A stretch of 64,000 nucleotides of DNA, taken from Octopus sinensis (taxonomy: Eukaryota). Of this stretch, positions 51,211 through 64,000 are shown piece by piece (within the stretch, counting starts at the first letter, position 1; the number at the start of each line of letters is the position of its first letter). Position numbers and translations under genes: made by a program. Under the pieces are notes generated by a model, which had not been told where the DNA came from, searched no databases, and saw only the letters and a list, made by a program, of their open reading frames with translations. Location: positions 41,738,464 to 41,802,463 of the forward strand of contig NC_043011.1 of NCBI RefSeq assembly GCF_006345805.1, in the 5' to 3' direction.

Positions 51211-52542
51211 TAAGATAGGGGCTATGGGTGTAACCCACTATGGACCCAAATTCTTAATACATAAATGTTTTAATTGCAATGCAATTAAGTCGTTTATTGT
51301 ATTAAACGGTGAAGGTAAAGAAATATTTTTACCGTAAATTTATAATACAAATAAGAAAATGGAGAAACAAATTTGGCTTCTTCATCAACTTACAGATATT
51401 ATAATGTTGGATTATTTATTCATTTTACAAATTAGAACATCAAAAGCATGCAAAAATATTATATAAATCAATCAATACGATAATAATACAAATAAATACA
51501 TACATACATACACATATATAATATTATATATTATATATAATATATATATATATATATCATTCATCGTTTAGCATGGAAAACGGACGATGAACGATATATA
51601 TATATATATATATATAGGCGCGGGCATGGCTGCGTGGTTAGGGAGCTTGCTTCCTAGCTACATGGTTTTGGGTTCAGTCCCACTGCGTGGCACTTTGGGT
51701 AAGTGTCTTCCACTATAGCCCCGAGCCGACTGGAGCTTTGTGATTGAATTCGGTAGGTGGAAGTTACTGCCGTGTGTGTATGTGGGCGTATAGCTGCTCA
51801 GTGCCTCTCCGAAAGAGAGAGAGGGATATATATATATATATTTATGTGTCTGTGTTTGTCCCCCCACCATCACTTGGGAACCTATGTTGGTGTGTTCACA
51901 TCCCCGTAACTTAAAGGTTCGGCAAAGGAGACCAATAGGATAAGTACTAAGCTTGCAAAGAATAAGTCCTGGGGTTGATTTGTTCAGTTAAAGGTGGTGC
52001 TCCAGCATGGCCACAGTCAAATGACTGAAACAAATAAAAGAATATATAGTATGGACGTGAGATTATGAAGTTTGCTTCTCAACAACATGGTTTCGAGTTC
52101 AGTCCCATCGAATGGCATCTTGGGCAAATAAATGTCTTCTGTTGTAGTCGTAGTCTGACCAAAGTGGATTTGACACACAGACAGAAACTGAAAGTAACCC
52201 ATCTTGTGGTGTGTGTGTGTGTGTGTGTTTGTGTGACTGCATATGCATTTGTCTCCTTGTCTTGACATCACATGATGGTTGTAAATGAGTGTCACTGTCA
52301 TACAAGCAGTGTCATTCATTTCCAGTCTTCTGTGTTAAAAGCTGTCTGGCCATCAGGAAATATTACCTTACAGGGGAAACAAGTAAAGGTTGGTGGCAGA
52401 AAGGGCATCCAGCGGCTGATAATCTTCTCCCGATAAATTCTAATCAACTCACACTGACATGGAAAAGGAGACACCAAAACAATGATGATGACAGTGATAT
52501 ATTAACACACACACACACGCACATACACCACACACACACACA

Positions 52543-52586
<44 letters not shown>

Positions 52587-52590
<4 letters not shown>

Positions 52591-53867
52591 CACACAGAGA
52601 GTAATATTAACTGTACATAAATGTTTATCCATGTGTAAGAACTAAAGCAAACTCTGGCTGTCAATTGGAATATCGAGTGGGACTTAGTTGTATGAGCCAG
52701 GTTTTTGCTAATTGGTTTAGGTTTCTAAGTAGTTGTACATGGATGGAAGCACTCCGTCGGTTACGACGATGAGGGTTCCGGTTGATCCGACCAATGGAAC
52801 AGCCTGCTCGTGAAATTAACGTGTAAGTGGCTGAGCACTCCACAGACACGTGTACCCTTAACGTAGTTCTCGGGGATATTCAGCGTGACACAGAGAGTGA
52901 CAAGGCCGGCCCTTTGAAGTACAGGTGCAACAGAAACAGGAAGTAAGAGTGAGAGAAAGTTGTGGTGAAAGAGTACAGCAGGGATCACCACCATCCCTGC
53001 CGGAGCCTCGTGGAGCTTTAGGGTGTTTTTCGCTCAATAAACACTCACAAAGGCCGGTCTGGGAATTGAAACCGCGAGTCCGTGCCCTAACCATGGCCAT
53101 TGCGCCTCCACTAGTTGTACATAGACACACAGACACACACACACCTATGTGGTGAAGGCATGTAGCTTAGTTATTCGGGTATTTGATTCATGATTATAAG
53201 ACAGCAAGTTTGATTCCAGGTGGCACACTGTGTCACTATTTCACGTTGCTCCAGTCCACTCAGCTGGCCAAAATGAATTGTTCCTGCACTTCAAAGGGCG
53301 GCCAGCCTTGCCACATTCTGTCACACTGAGTCTCCCTCAGAACTACATTAAGGGTACGCATGTCTGTGGAGTGCTCAGCCACTCGCACCCTAATTTCATG
53401 AGCTGGCTGTTCTGTTGAGCACTGGGATTGATGTAATCGGCTACCCCCTCCCCTCAAAATAGTTGTGGAAAAACCAGTTTGTTTTATCCCCCAGGTCAGC
53501 CTTAGTTCAAAAGAGCAATAACCAAAGTGAGGTGTATATACATATATATATATATACATATATATATACATATATATATATACATACATATATGTATATA
53601 TATATCTATATATCTATATATCTATATATATATATATTATATATATACACACATATATACATATACATATACACATATATACATATATATTTATATACAT
53701 ACATATATATATAATACATATATATATACATAATATATATATATATATATTATATATATATATATACACATATATATGTGTATATATACTTATATATATA
53801 TAACTTATATATATATATATATATATACATGTATATATACACATATATAATAGAGAGAGAGATATAC

Positions 53868-53903
<36 letters not shown>

Positions 53904-55045
53904 CACACACACACACACACACACTAACACACAGAGAGTAATATTAACGTACATAAATGTTTATCCATGTGTAAGAAAACTAAAGCAAACTCTGGCTGTC
54001 AATTGGAATATCGAGTGGGACTTAGTTGTATGAGCCAGGTTTTGCTAATGGTTTAGGTTTCTAAGTAGTTGTACATGGATGGAAGCACTCCGTCGGTTAC
54101 GACGATGAGGTTCCGGTTGATCCGACCAAGGAACAGCCTGCTCGTGAAATTAACGTGTAAGTGGCTGAGCAACCACAGACAGTGTACCCTTAACGTAGTT
54201 CTCGGGGGGATATTCAGCGTGACACAGAGAGTGACAAGCCGGCCCTTTGAAGTACAGGTGCAACAGAACAGGAAGTAAGAGTGAGAGAAAGTTGTGGTGA
54301 AAGAGTACAGCAGGATCACCACCATCCCCTGCCGGAGCCTCGTGGAGCTTTAGGTGTTTTCGCTCAATAAAACACTACAACGCCCGGTCTGGGAATCGAA
54401 ACCGCGAGTCCGCTGCCCTAACCATTGGGCCATTGCGCCTCCACTAGTTGTACATAGACACACAGACACACACACACCTATGTGGTGAAGGCATGTAGCT
54501 TAGTTATTCGGGTATTTGATTCATGATTATAAGACAGCAAGTTGATTCCAGGTGGCACACTGTGTCACTATTTCACGTTGCTCCAGTCCACTCAGGCTGG
54601 CCAAAATGAATTGTTCCTGCACTCAAAGGGCGGCCAGCCTTGCCACATTCTGTCACACATGAGTCTCCCTCAGAACTACATTAAGGGTACGCATGTCTGT
54701 GGAGTGCTCAGCCACTCGCACCCTAATTTCATGAGCTGGCTGTTCTGTGAGCACTGGGATTGATGTAATCGGCTCCCCTCCCTCCAAAATAGTTGTGGAA
54801 AAACCAGTTTGTTTTATCCCCCAGGTCAGCCTTAGTTCAAAAGAGCAATAACCAAAGTGAGGTGTATATACATATATATATACATATATATATACATATT
54901 ATATATATACATACATATATGTATATATATATTATATATCTATCTTATATATATTATATATATATATACACACATATATACATATACATATACACATAGA
55001 TAAATATATTATTTATATATACATACATATATATATACATACATA

Positions 55046-55097
<52 letters not shown>

Positions 55098-55240
55098 TTA
55101 TATATGTATATATACTTATATATATATACTTATTATATATATATATATATACATGTATATATGTTAACACATATATATATAGAGGAGAGAGATATACATA
55201 TATATATACACACACACACACACCACACACACACACACAC
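52587..55240. repeat. About 1337-bp tandem duplication containing family D and related SINEs plus TA/CA microsatellites
   Basis: CTAACACACAGAGAGTAATATTAAC at 52587 and 53924; the copies differ almost only by 1-2 bp indels. Confidence 0.9.
52746..53110 (-). mobile_element. tRNA-derived SINE family D (head GGAGGCGCAATGGCC.., tail ..CGTAACCGACGGAGTGCTTCC)
   Basis: Related copies at about 17405-18205 (interrupted), 30360-30662, 33000-33280, 35230-35990 (interrupted) and 54064-54441. Confidence 0.8.
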
Positions 55241-55890
55241 ACATAATATATATATATATATATTATATATATATTCACACACACCACACTTAGATTAATA
55301 ACTATATATAAATGTATATTCATATATACACATATACAGTTATGTAACCCAGACTAATATAGATTTCAAACAGTTGTTTTGTTTGTTTTTTTTAATAATT
55401 TCATATTTATTTACTAATTTATTAATTTATTTATTTACTTATAGTTTTTTTTTTTCCCCCACCTTGCTGTTGCGTTAATTGTCACAGTAGAAAGCCAGCC
55501 ATGATGGCTGATAAAAATCATTAGGATCGGCAACCTATGATGGACATGTAACTCTTCATCACATTAACTTCTTTACTGCTGGGTTTGTTAAATTGAATTT
55601 AGCTGTAAATGTATATGGAACAAACATGTGTAAACATGTTTTTATAGAGGTGGCGCTGTATAGTAAGTCTCAGAGAGATTGTTGCCCTGGGCAACGGGGA
55701 GAATGTGTGACAAGCAGAGACAGACAGAAATGTGTGTGTGTATGTATGTGTGTTAGATATGAGAAATAGGAAAGATGGCGGAGAGGATTGGAAGAAAGTG
55801 TGAGGAAACGAGAATAGATAGGTACACACACACATCTATATATTGAGATATAGACAGACACACACACACATAACTAAGGCTGTTCATAGC

Positions 55891-55980
<90 letters not shown>

Positions 55981-56010
55981 GTATACAAATACATACACAC
56001 ACAGACATTT

Positions 56011-56149
56011 ATTATTAATATTTAGCAGAAGCAACAGTGACTCATGAGTCGAAAGTTTGTATGTTCGCACTTATCAAACTTTGATAAGTGTTAATGCATG
56101 AAACTCTCAACCCTGAGTCACTCTGTTGCTTCTGCTAAAAATTAATAAT
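56011..56149. mobile_element. About 135-bp MITE-like palindromic element in a TA-rich site
   Basis: TTTAGCAGAAGCAACAG-TGACTCA / TGAGTCA-CTCTGTTGCTTCTGCTAAA inverted ends; internal palindrome CACTTATCAAA-C-TTTGATAAGTG. Confidence 0.7.
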
Positions 56150-56162
56150 ATATTAATATATC

Positions 56163-56224
<62 letters not shown>

Positions 56225-56812
56225 GAGAGGCAGGAGTGGCTGTGTGGTAAGTAGTTTGTTTACCAACCAGATGGTTCTGGGTTCAGTCCCACTGCATGGC
56301 ACCTCGGGTAAGTGTCTTCTGCTAAAGCCTTGGGCCGACCAAAGCCTTGTGAGTGGATTTGGTAGACGGAAACTGAAAGAAGCCCTTCATATATATGTGT
56401 GTGTATGTTTGTGTGTCTGTGTTTGTACCTTGACAACTGATATTGGTGTGTTTAATGTCCCTATAACTTAGCAGTTCGGCTAAAGTGACAGATAGAATAC
56501 GTACAAGGCTTACAAAGAATGAGTCCTAGGGTCGATTTGTTCAACTAAAGGCGGTGCTCCAGCATGGCTGCCGTCAAATGACTGAAACAAATAAAAGCAT
56601 ATATACACACACTCATGTTTTGAGTCCTTCCCTCCTCCCGTTTGCATCAGCAAACCTATATGTATATATATATTTACATATATTATTTATAAATACATTA
56701 TATATATTATTTATGTGTATATATTGTATTATTGATATTATATATGCACATATATATTATGTGTATGTGTGTGTAATAAAGTGAGAGATATTTGTTTGCG
56801 TGTGATATACCC

Positions 56813-56844
<32 letters not shown>

Positions 56845-57478
56845 TATACATTTGCCAGGGGACAAGCACTATTTTGATGCAATTAGTGTCATCATTAGCT
56901 GTGTCATAACTGACTTTGTTGTTGTTGTTGTTGTTGTTATTGTGTTCAATATTGGTGTTGCTGTTGTAACATTGATAAAATATCTTCACTGTTACTACCC
57001 TGAAAACACATATTATACAGACGCTTGGAATTTAATTGACTGCTCTTTATGTGTGTGTGTGTGTGTGTGAATGTATTTGAACATATTTCTAGGCATTAGA
57101 TGTGACTGTCAAAAATTCCATGAGTTATCTGTTGGATACGGCATGATGGGAGAGGCGGGGAAGATGATTGGAAGTTGATTGTAACAGCATACAGCTTCCT
57201 CTTATTTCTATTGATTTATATCAAATGTGATGACACCACCAAACATCAAATTTTATATACATGCATACCTATATACACCCTCACACACACACATACACAC
57301 ACACACGGAAGCATACAGGCATGGGTGTATGGTTAAGAACCCCGCCTTGCAACAATGAAGTTTCAGGTTCAGTCCTGCTGCATGGTACTTTGTAGTGTCA
57401 GATCACTGGACCAGTGTGGAGAAGATAGACACCACCTAAAAACCTCTGCTTTTCAACCCTCCATGCTCATGATATTAA

Positions 57479-57699
57479 CCCTTTCGTTACTGTATTTCTG
57501 TTGAGATGCTCAGTATTTCTTTCAATTACTTTAAATATAACAAAGAATTTAGTAAAATAACTTAGTTATCATTAAGCTAGTGTTAGGAACATAAATTGTG
57601 ACTCAGGTTTGGTGGAAGATTTTAATTCAAAACTTTTGAAAACAAGACATTTGTACTACAGAGCCAGAGGCAGTTTCAGACAAATTGGTATCAAAAGGG
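57479..57699. mobile_element. piggyBac-type MITE, copy 1
   Basis: TTAA-CCCTTTCGTTAC ... GGTATCAAAAGGG-TTAA. Confidence 0.8.
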
Positions 57700-57723
57700 T
57701 TAAAAATATCATGGTGACTTTAA

Positions 57724-57945
57724 CCCTTTTGTTATCATATTTCTGTTGAGATGCTCAGTGTTTCTTTCAATTACTTTAAACATAACAAAGAATTTAGTAA
57801 AATAACTTAGTTATCATTAAGCTAGTGTTAGGAACATAAATTGTGACTACAGTTTGGTGGAAGATTTTTAATTCAGAACTTATGAAAACAAGACATTTGT
57901 ATTACAGAGCCAGAGCTGGTTTTGGCCGGGTTGGTAACGAAAGGG
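57724..57945. mobile_element. piggyBac-type MITE, copy 2 (same orientation, 16 bp after copy 1)
   Basis: TTAA-CCCTTTTGTTATC ... GGTAACGAAAGGG-TTAA; body about 90% similar to copy 1 by eye. Confidence 0.8.
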
Positions 57946-59386
57946 TTAAATCTTATTTAGGGGGTCTCTGAGGTAACTGAAAGAGCACAAGCATCTCCTC
58001 TCTGAACACGTTATCAGTCCATCGCTGCTTCTGATGGAACTCATTGTGTTACGATTCATGTGTGTATATACATACATACATACATATATATATATCATCG
58101 TCATCGTTGTTTAATGTCTGGTTTCATGCTGCAAGGGTTGGACGGTTTGACTGAGAACAGGCGAACCAGATGGCTGCACCAAGCTCCAATCCGATCTGGC
58201 ATGTTTCTACAGCTGAACGCCCTTCCTAACGCCAACCACTCCGACAGTGTAGTGGGTGCATTTTATGTGCACTGGCATGAGGGTCAGTCAGGTGGTACAG
58301 GTATCAACCATGCTTGAATAGTGCTTTTTACAGGCCACTGGGGTTGCACTAGCAACAACCACACTCGAATGGTGCTTTTAATGTGCCATCAGCATGGGAC
58401 TATCAGGTGGCATTGCCATCGGCAATACTCAAATGGTGTTTTTTTTATGTGCCAGTTAGGCAGTATATATATATATATATATATAGGATCATTTGTAGAA
58501 AAACATAAATCTGGAGGAGAAGCACTCTCTAAGATATAGAGCAGTTAATATTATAATGAGGGAGGCCCGTTTATGGGGTCACCCTGGGTTTCAGCATTTC
58601 CCTGTTCATATTTTGAATAGGTCTTAGGCCAACAGATTTGGGGTTTGATGATATGCCATAAGGCCAAACCTTTTATGTGCGGAAAACCCAGAGTAACCCC
58701 CTAAACCATCCTCCCCCATTATAATATATATGTATATATATATGTATATGTGTGTGTGTATATATATATATATATACTGTGTGTGTGTGTGTAATGCTTG
58801 GTTCTCTGCATATGTCACCAGTTGCTATGCAACAATAACTGCATGTGTTTATGCATATATATTTACATAGTCCTTTCTATGTGTCACCAGGTTATTATGT
58901 GCATTAATTATAGATCTACACATACTTATATGTGTGTTGTGTAAGTATGTACATGATGTTCTACATCATGTCACCAGGGTGTTACATGCAGTAACTGTAT
59001 ATTATCATCAACATCATTGTCATCATCATCATTTAACAGCTGTTTTCCATGCTGGCATGGGTTGGATGATTTTTTACCGGAATTGGCCTACCAGAAGACT
59101 GTGCCAAGCACTATTGTCGGTTTTGGGGTGGTTTCTGTGGCTGGATGCCCTTCCTAATGCCAACCACTTCACAGGGTGTGCTGGGTGCTTTATATGTGTC
59201 ACCAGCAGGATCACCAAGTAACTTGCAAGGCAAAGATCCCTCAAATGAGAGTGGGGAGTGATATTGCAGGAGGGGGCCTTGTGTCAGTTGACAGAAGTAT
59301 AACAGAAGAAAAAGAGATAGGTGTCTTGCAGTAGAGGTGATACAAGAATACCCCAGTTGGAAAAGAAAAGAGAGAAAGATGGAGAT

Positions 59387-59608
59387 GTAAAGATTATTTG
59401 CCAACATAACATGGCAGTCCTGGTTTAGGACGAATGTTGCTGTAATTTAGCCCCAGGCGACATCATCTCCAGCTGGCTATATGACATGATCTGTGTCCCT
59501 GTAATCTGTGTCATATAACCAGCTGGAGATGATGTCTCCTGTGGCTAAATTACAGCAACATTCGTCCTAAACCAGGACTGCCATGTTATGTTGGCAAACA
59601 ATCTTTAC
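59387..59608. repeat. Inverted repeat, 100-bp arms (96/100 matched), 22-nt loop
   Basis: 59387-59486 is the reverse complement of 59509-59608 with four mismatches. Confidence 0.92.
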
Positions 59609-59780
59609 TCCAAAGTATTGTTGCTGAATATCTCTTGTTGTGAGATTAAAAAATAGTAATTTTCTGATGGAGATGTGTTGAGACATGCACTCCAGGTATA
59701 AAGCAGTGTGATTATCGGTGATGTATATGTTACTCTCTATATTTATGTCACAGAGTATTTATGTGCAGTAACTCTGTATG

Positions 59781-59829
<49 letters not shown>

Positions 59830-59864
59830 TATATGTACACATATGTTTCTATTTATATCTGCAG

Positions 59865-59981
59865 GTTGTTATGTGCAATAACCAAGAAGAGTTACATGAA
59901 CATATTGATCCTAGCCAACTCACTAAAGACTTGGGTGGAGAAATTGAATACGACCACAAGGAATGGATCGAGCAAAGAGCA
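59865..59981 (+). CDS. MCF2L: MCF2L/DBS-like exon (VVMCNNQEELHEHIDPSQLTKDLGGEIEYDHKEWIEQRA), end of CRAL-TRIO domain
   Basis: CTGCAG acceptor and GTAAGT donor at 59982. 117 nt, phase 0-0. L..ID.SQLT.DLGG...Y.H..W motif. Confidence 0.93.
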
Positions 59982-61215
59982 GTAAGTAACTGTCTTATTG
60001 TGATACCTTATGTAAGAGTAAAGCCTTAAGCAAGTCTCCCACTTCCATCTACACGTCACTAATACCTACAAAGATTATGTATAATACTAAGACTTAGGAC
60101 AGGGAGTCAGCTCCTTTATTCTGACATGTCATACATGCACTCATTTCATTTACTGACTGGTAGTGGAATACTGCTTTCTAATTTTGGTACACCATGCCAG
60201 TATTTTGATGGGAGGGGCAGGTCAGTTACATCTGTCTCAGTTCTTGACTGGTACTTTCATTTTCTCAACTCTTGACTTGGTGGGATTTGAACTCAGAACA
60301 TAAAGAGCTGCAAAAAATGCCATGAAGCAGTAAAATAATGAATCTAACATAATCACAAATAAAATATGTGGAAGTTGAGATGTACATACCTTTCCCAGAA
60401 ATGTTATTAATACAGTTAAAAGAACCAGTGAAGGATCTTCTTTATCATCATCCTTGATTATTCAACATAACAACCATATTTCCTTCCACTCCTGGACAGG
60501 GCAGTGCCTTGTGTTCTTGAGCAAAACAATTTGTTTCATATTACTCCAATCCACTCAGCTGTGAGTTCCATTAGTAGCTGGGAAGTTAACCCTACAATGG
60601 ACTGGTGTTCCTTACAGGAGGGATTGTTGTAATTTGAATCACCTCAGCACATTGAAAATCTAGTTAAGCTCCAGCCTTATGGGTCTTGGGTTTCATGGAA
60701 GACCTAAGTCTAAGTACTTACAAACTTAAACTGACCCCTTTTAATTATAACCCTCAATTACATCTTTCTAATTATAAACTTAATTTACCCCTTTTTATTC
60801 AAAAATCTAATAACAATCCATTGAAATTTCTCTACAGCAACCACAAAAATTAAATTTACTCTTCAATATTTTAAATATATATTTAGGATGGTGAACTGGC
60901 AGAATTGTTAGCACCACCAGGCTTAGTGGCATTTTGTCCATCTTTCTGTTCTGAGTTCAAATTCCACTAAGGTCAACTTCACCTGTCTTCCTTTCAGGGT
61001 TAATAAGATAAGTACCAGTTGTGCACAGGGGTCAATATAATCAGCTTAGCTTCTCCTCCAAAATTGCTGGCCTTGAAGCCAATATTTTCAATATATTTTC
61101 TGCTTCCATTCCTCTCCATTGTATTCCTAATTCCTCATTGTTTGTCAAAATAACCATGAGAGCCTCGTCTATTCTAGTTTTTTTTTTTCTTTCTTTCTTG
61201 TTATTCTTTAATCAG

Positions 61216-61475
61216 GCAAGTGAGAAATTTTCAACAAATGTCAGCGACATCACGCACTCACTAGACCAACTCGCTGCCCGATACGAAGAAACGGAAATCC
61301 CGAATGACGTTACTGGGACTGAAGCGTTGATTCGGGAACATATCCAGGGACGAAAGGAGCTCCTTGATGATTTGAACAGTACCACTAACCACGGCGAAAT
61401 TTTGCTCAATTGTGTGAAGGGAAATAGCCAGGAAATTCCGTTGGTGAAATTGGTACATGTGGTGGAACTGGAGAG
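61216..61475 (+). CDS. MCF2L: MCF2L/DBS-like exon (ASEKFSTNVSDITHSLDQLAARYEETEIPNDVTGTEALIREH...VVELER), spectrin-like repeat
   Basis: Long pyrimidine tract plus CAG acceptor and GTAGGA donor at 61476. 260 nt, phase 0 to 2. ETEIPNDV matches MCF2L ETELPNDV, which favours the MCF2/MCF2L/MCF2L2 family over Trio/kalirin or SESTD1. Confidence 0.9.
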
Positions 61476-61714
61476 GTAGGACATTGCTTTACCAAATTCT
61501 TCACAAACACACACTAGCTCTTCTTTTCTCTCTTTCTCTCTCTCTCCCCCCCCTCCTCCTCATAGCAACTGATATTCACTGTATCTCCCTCAATTCCCAT
61601 CTCTAATCATCTCTTACACTCCAACACGCTTGCCTACCCACCTACCTTTTTCGTCTCTCTATCCTTATTCTCTCTCTTTCACTCTCTCTCTCTCTCCCCC
61701 TTGTATTTGTTTTG

Positions 61715-62790
61715 TACCTTCACGTACAGAGAATCTTCATCCATTGTGGTTATGTACCAGAACCCAGATCTCTTCTAATTCCTTATCTGTGTCCATTCTT
61801 TGACTTCGTCCATCCATCCTTACCTCCGTCTACCTCTCCTTCTTTTCCCCTCCACAGTTCCTTAAAGAATGGTCTTTGCAAGGATCTAGTTACATGGCCA
61901 TACCATCTCCATTTCCTTTTCTTTTTCATTGTGAGAAGATCTCCATAGAGGCCATGGGTATGCTGGATGGTTTCACAAACCTACTCGTGATGTGATCCAA
62001 TGACAAGATGTCTGAAATGTTGTGATAGTATCTCCTATCCTCTGCCTCTATCTTTCTCTGTACCTCTGCAAGGAGAGTCCATATCTGACATGCCTACCAA
62101 AAGAGGGAGAGTGACAGTCATACAGGAGTAGTGATGTTTGCTCTCCATGATGATGCACCTGTCTCTCTGACACTGCCAGCAACTGACTTATGGCACTCAA
62201 GTCAATGAAATCACTTTTAAGCAACCATCATTTTTATCCTCTTCATTATTTCCCCTCTTACCTCTGTTTCTGAACCAACCCCCAATGGCTTCTGTTAGGC
62301 CAGATCTATCAGTCTACCCATCATACATCGCTTTCAAGTGATTCTTTTCTCTTGAGGACTTTTGCAAAATCAATGATGATCGTTTCACTCAACAACAACA
62401 GAATCTTACACCATTTCTGGTACCTCCTTGCTGTGACCAACAAAGCTAAGAAGCACCTCAGTATATTACACCCTTGCTACATGACAATGGCTATCTTGAC
62501 CATAGCTATGACAACAGAGGAAGTATATGCTCCTATATATGACTTAGCTATGGTCAGTATAGCCAGGATCTTTTCCCTCATTCTCTAAACACTCCTCTCT
62601 TATTTCTTGGATTAGAAGCTTCTCATCGGACTACAATACTGTGGTCTGCCACTGACCAACCCAATGCATATTCTGTTATGTCTGATGCCCCCAAACGTTG
62701 ATAACGTTAACTGCCACACTTGACCTTCTCTAGTTTATCAATCAACTTGTTGTCATTTCTAGCACTACACATTCTTATGTAGTTGATACT
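61715..62790 (-). mobile_element. Highly decayed RTE-type LINE 3' part
   Basis: Minus-strand remnants of RWYGHVTRSL..ILxGTVEGKRRRGRR and upstream RT-thumb-like text; many stops. Confidence 0.6.
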
Positions 62791-63584
62791 CTGTTTCATT
62801 CCCCTTAATCTTCTGCACAAAGGAAGGGGAAGAGGAGGTGGTGGTGGTGGTGGTAATGATGGTTGTGGTAATGGTGGTTGTGTGTGTATGAGATAAGGAA
62901 GAAGATAAAGAATGAATTTAGCATATGTTTTTAATCACTTTACATGTAAATGATTCCATGTGAAACATTACCCAATGTGTGTGGTTGAATGCACTGCATT
63001 TTTATCCAATCCTGAACTAACAGACACCTGCATCTATATATATATATATCATCATCATCTTCATCATCGTTTAACGTCCGCTTTCCATGCTAGCATGGGT
63101 TGGACAGTTCAACTGGGGTCTGGGAAGCCAGTAGGCTGCACCAGGCCCAGTCTGATCTGGCAATGTTTCTACAGCTGGATGCCCTTCCTAATGCCAACCA
63201 CTCCGTGAGTGTAGTGGGTGCTTTTTACGTGCCACCTGCACAGGTGCCAGATGGCAGTTGATACACGTTACTGACAAAGTGCAAAAATGTAGAAATGCAT
63301 ATCTTGAATACTCACTGCTACTGTTGGATAGTTTCCATCTGCTACCAAAATAATTTGTTGTTTTAAACAACACAGCACATTCACAAGAGATGTTATCTGG
63401 GCTTATACCACAGTAAATTTATTTATTTATTTATTTTACAATATGATACACAGATGACCACACACTCGTCAGGTTGTTGTTCTGCTCCTGGTAACATCTA
63501 ACCCAGTTCAACCTGTTACACAGTCAGGTTCTTGGTAACTGAGCTGGCTTCTCTGCCAAGCTTGTTTGATGAAGAGGCTGATCT

Positions 63585-63852
63585 TTGGATACCCTGTGGG
63601 ATGAAAAGCCCTGCAACGATTTCATCTCAATCGAAGGAGAGGGGCTTTCTCTGTCCGGGTTGCGGATCTGTGGAATAAGCTGCCGGACGAGATAGTGAAG
63701 ATGCCGATGACCGCTCGGTTCAAAGTCTCTCTTGACCAGAAATGGCCTGAACTCTTTGCATGAACACCCTCCCTGTACATAACTCCATGTCCCCCTACAT
63801 GGCCTTGCTTTTTGCTTTTTGAGCCAAAAAATTAACTTAACTTAACTTAACT
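63585..63852 (+). mobile_element. CR1/L2-type LINE 3' end with (AACTT)n tail
   Basis: RFHLNRRRGAFSVRVADLWNKLPDEIVKMPMTARFKVSLDQKW, followed by AACTTAACTTAACTTAACT. Confidence 0.8.
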
Positions 63853-64000
63853 CATCAAAGGGGTGGGGAACTCAGGAGAATCAACAACCATTCAGTATAG
63901 ACTTGCAGGGATGATGCTCACCAGTCATAGTGAAGACAAGCCATCAAGGAGAAAGAAATCTCTGAAATAATTTTTTTTAAAAACCGTTCATTGAGCCCTT

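Noticed and set aside
61021-61215. N-terminal extension of the 152-aa ORF 61021-61479
   Set aside because: The ATG lies in a SINE and the frame runs through the polypyrimidine tract; the real exon starts at the 61216 acceptor.
61476-61479. In-frame stop right after the exon (also at 21178-21181) as a sign of a truncated isoform
   Set aside because: Any phase-2 donor GTAA/GTAG gives a stop; there is no independent poly-A or isoform evidence.

Overview
AT-rich, microsatellite- and SINE-dense eukaryotic DNA, most likely from a coleoid cephalopod such as Octopus (inferred from repeat content, not verified). Nearly the whole window is the intron-rich 5' part of one + strand gene, an MCF2L/DBS (Dbl-family RhoGEF)-like gene. 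Six exons (8114-8203, 21063-21177, 42727-42817, 50720-50833, 59865-59981, 61216-61475) have canonical AG/GT sites and matching phases. They splice into a CRAL-TRIO/Sec14 domain plus the start of a spectrin repeat; the first exon and the DH-PH exons are not in the window. The introns hold several tRNA-derived SINE families, LINE relics (RTE, CR1/L2, R4/Dong-like), a full-length decayed Tc1 element with DD36E spacing, a fold-back mariner derivative and several MITEs. Two observations stand out. (1) A Penelope-like terminal-repeat family carries both a tRNA-like Pol III head and a minimal hammerhead-ribozyme motif (4 copies, one attached to a GIY-YIG-like C-terminus in an inverted arrangement). 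(2) A TSD-flanked insertion fuses a 5.8S rRNA 5' fragment to a SINE. Several long intronic hairpins lie near exons. A 1.3-kb tandem duplication looks like an assembly artefact. Most ORFs in the supplied track are simple-repeat noise. No database searches were run, and family assignments rest on motifs recalled from memory.
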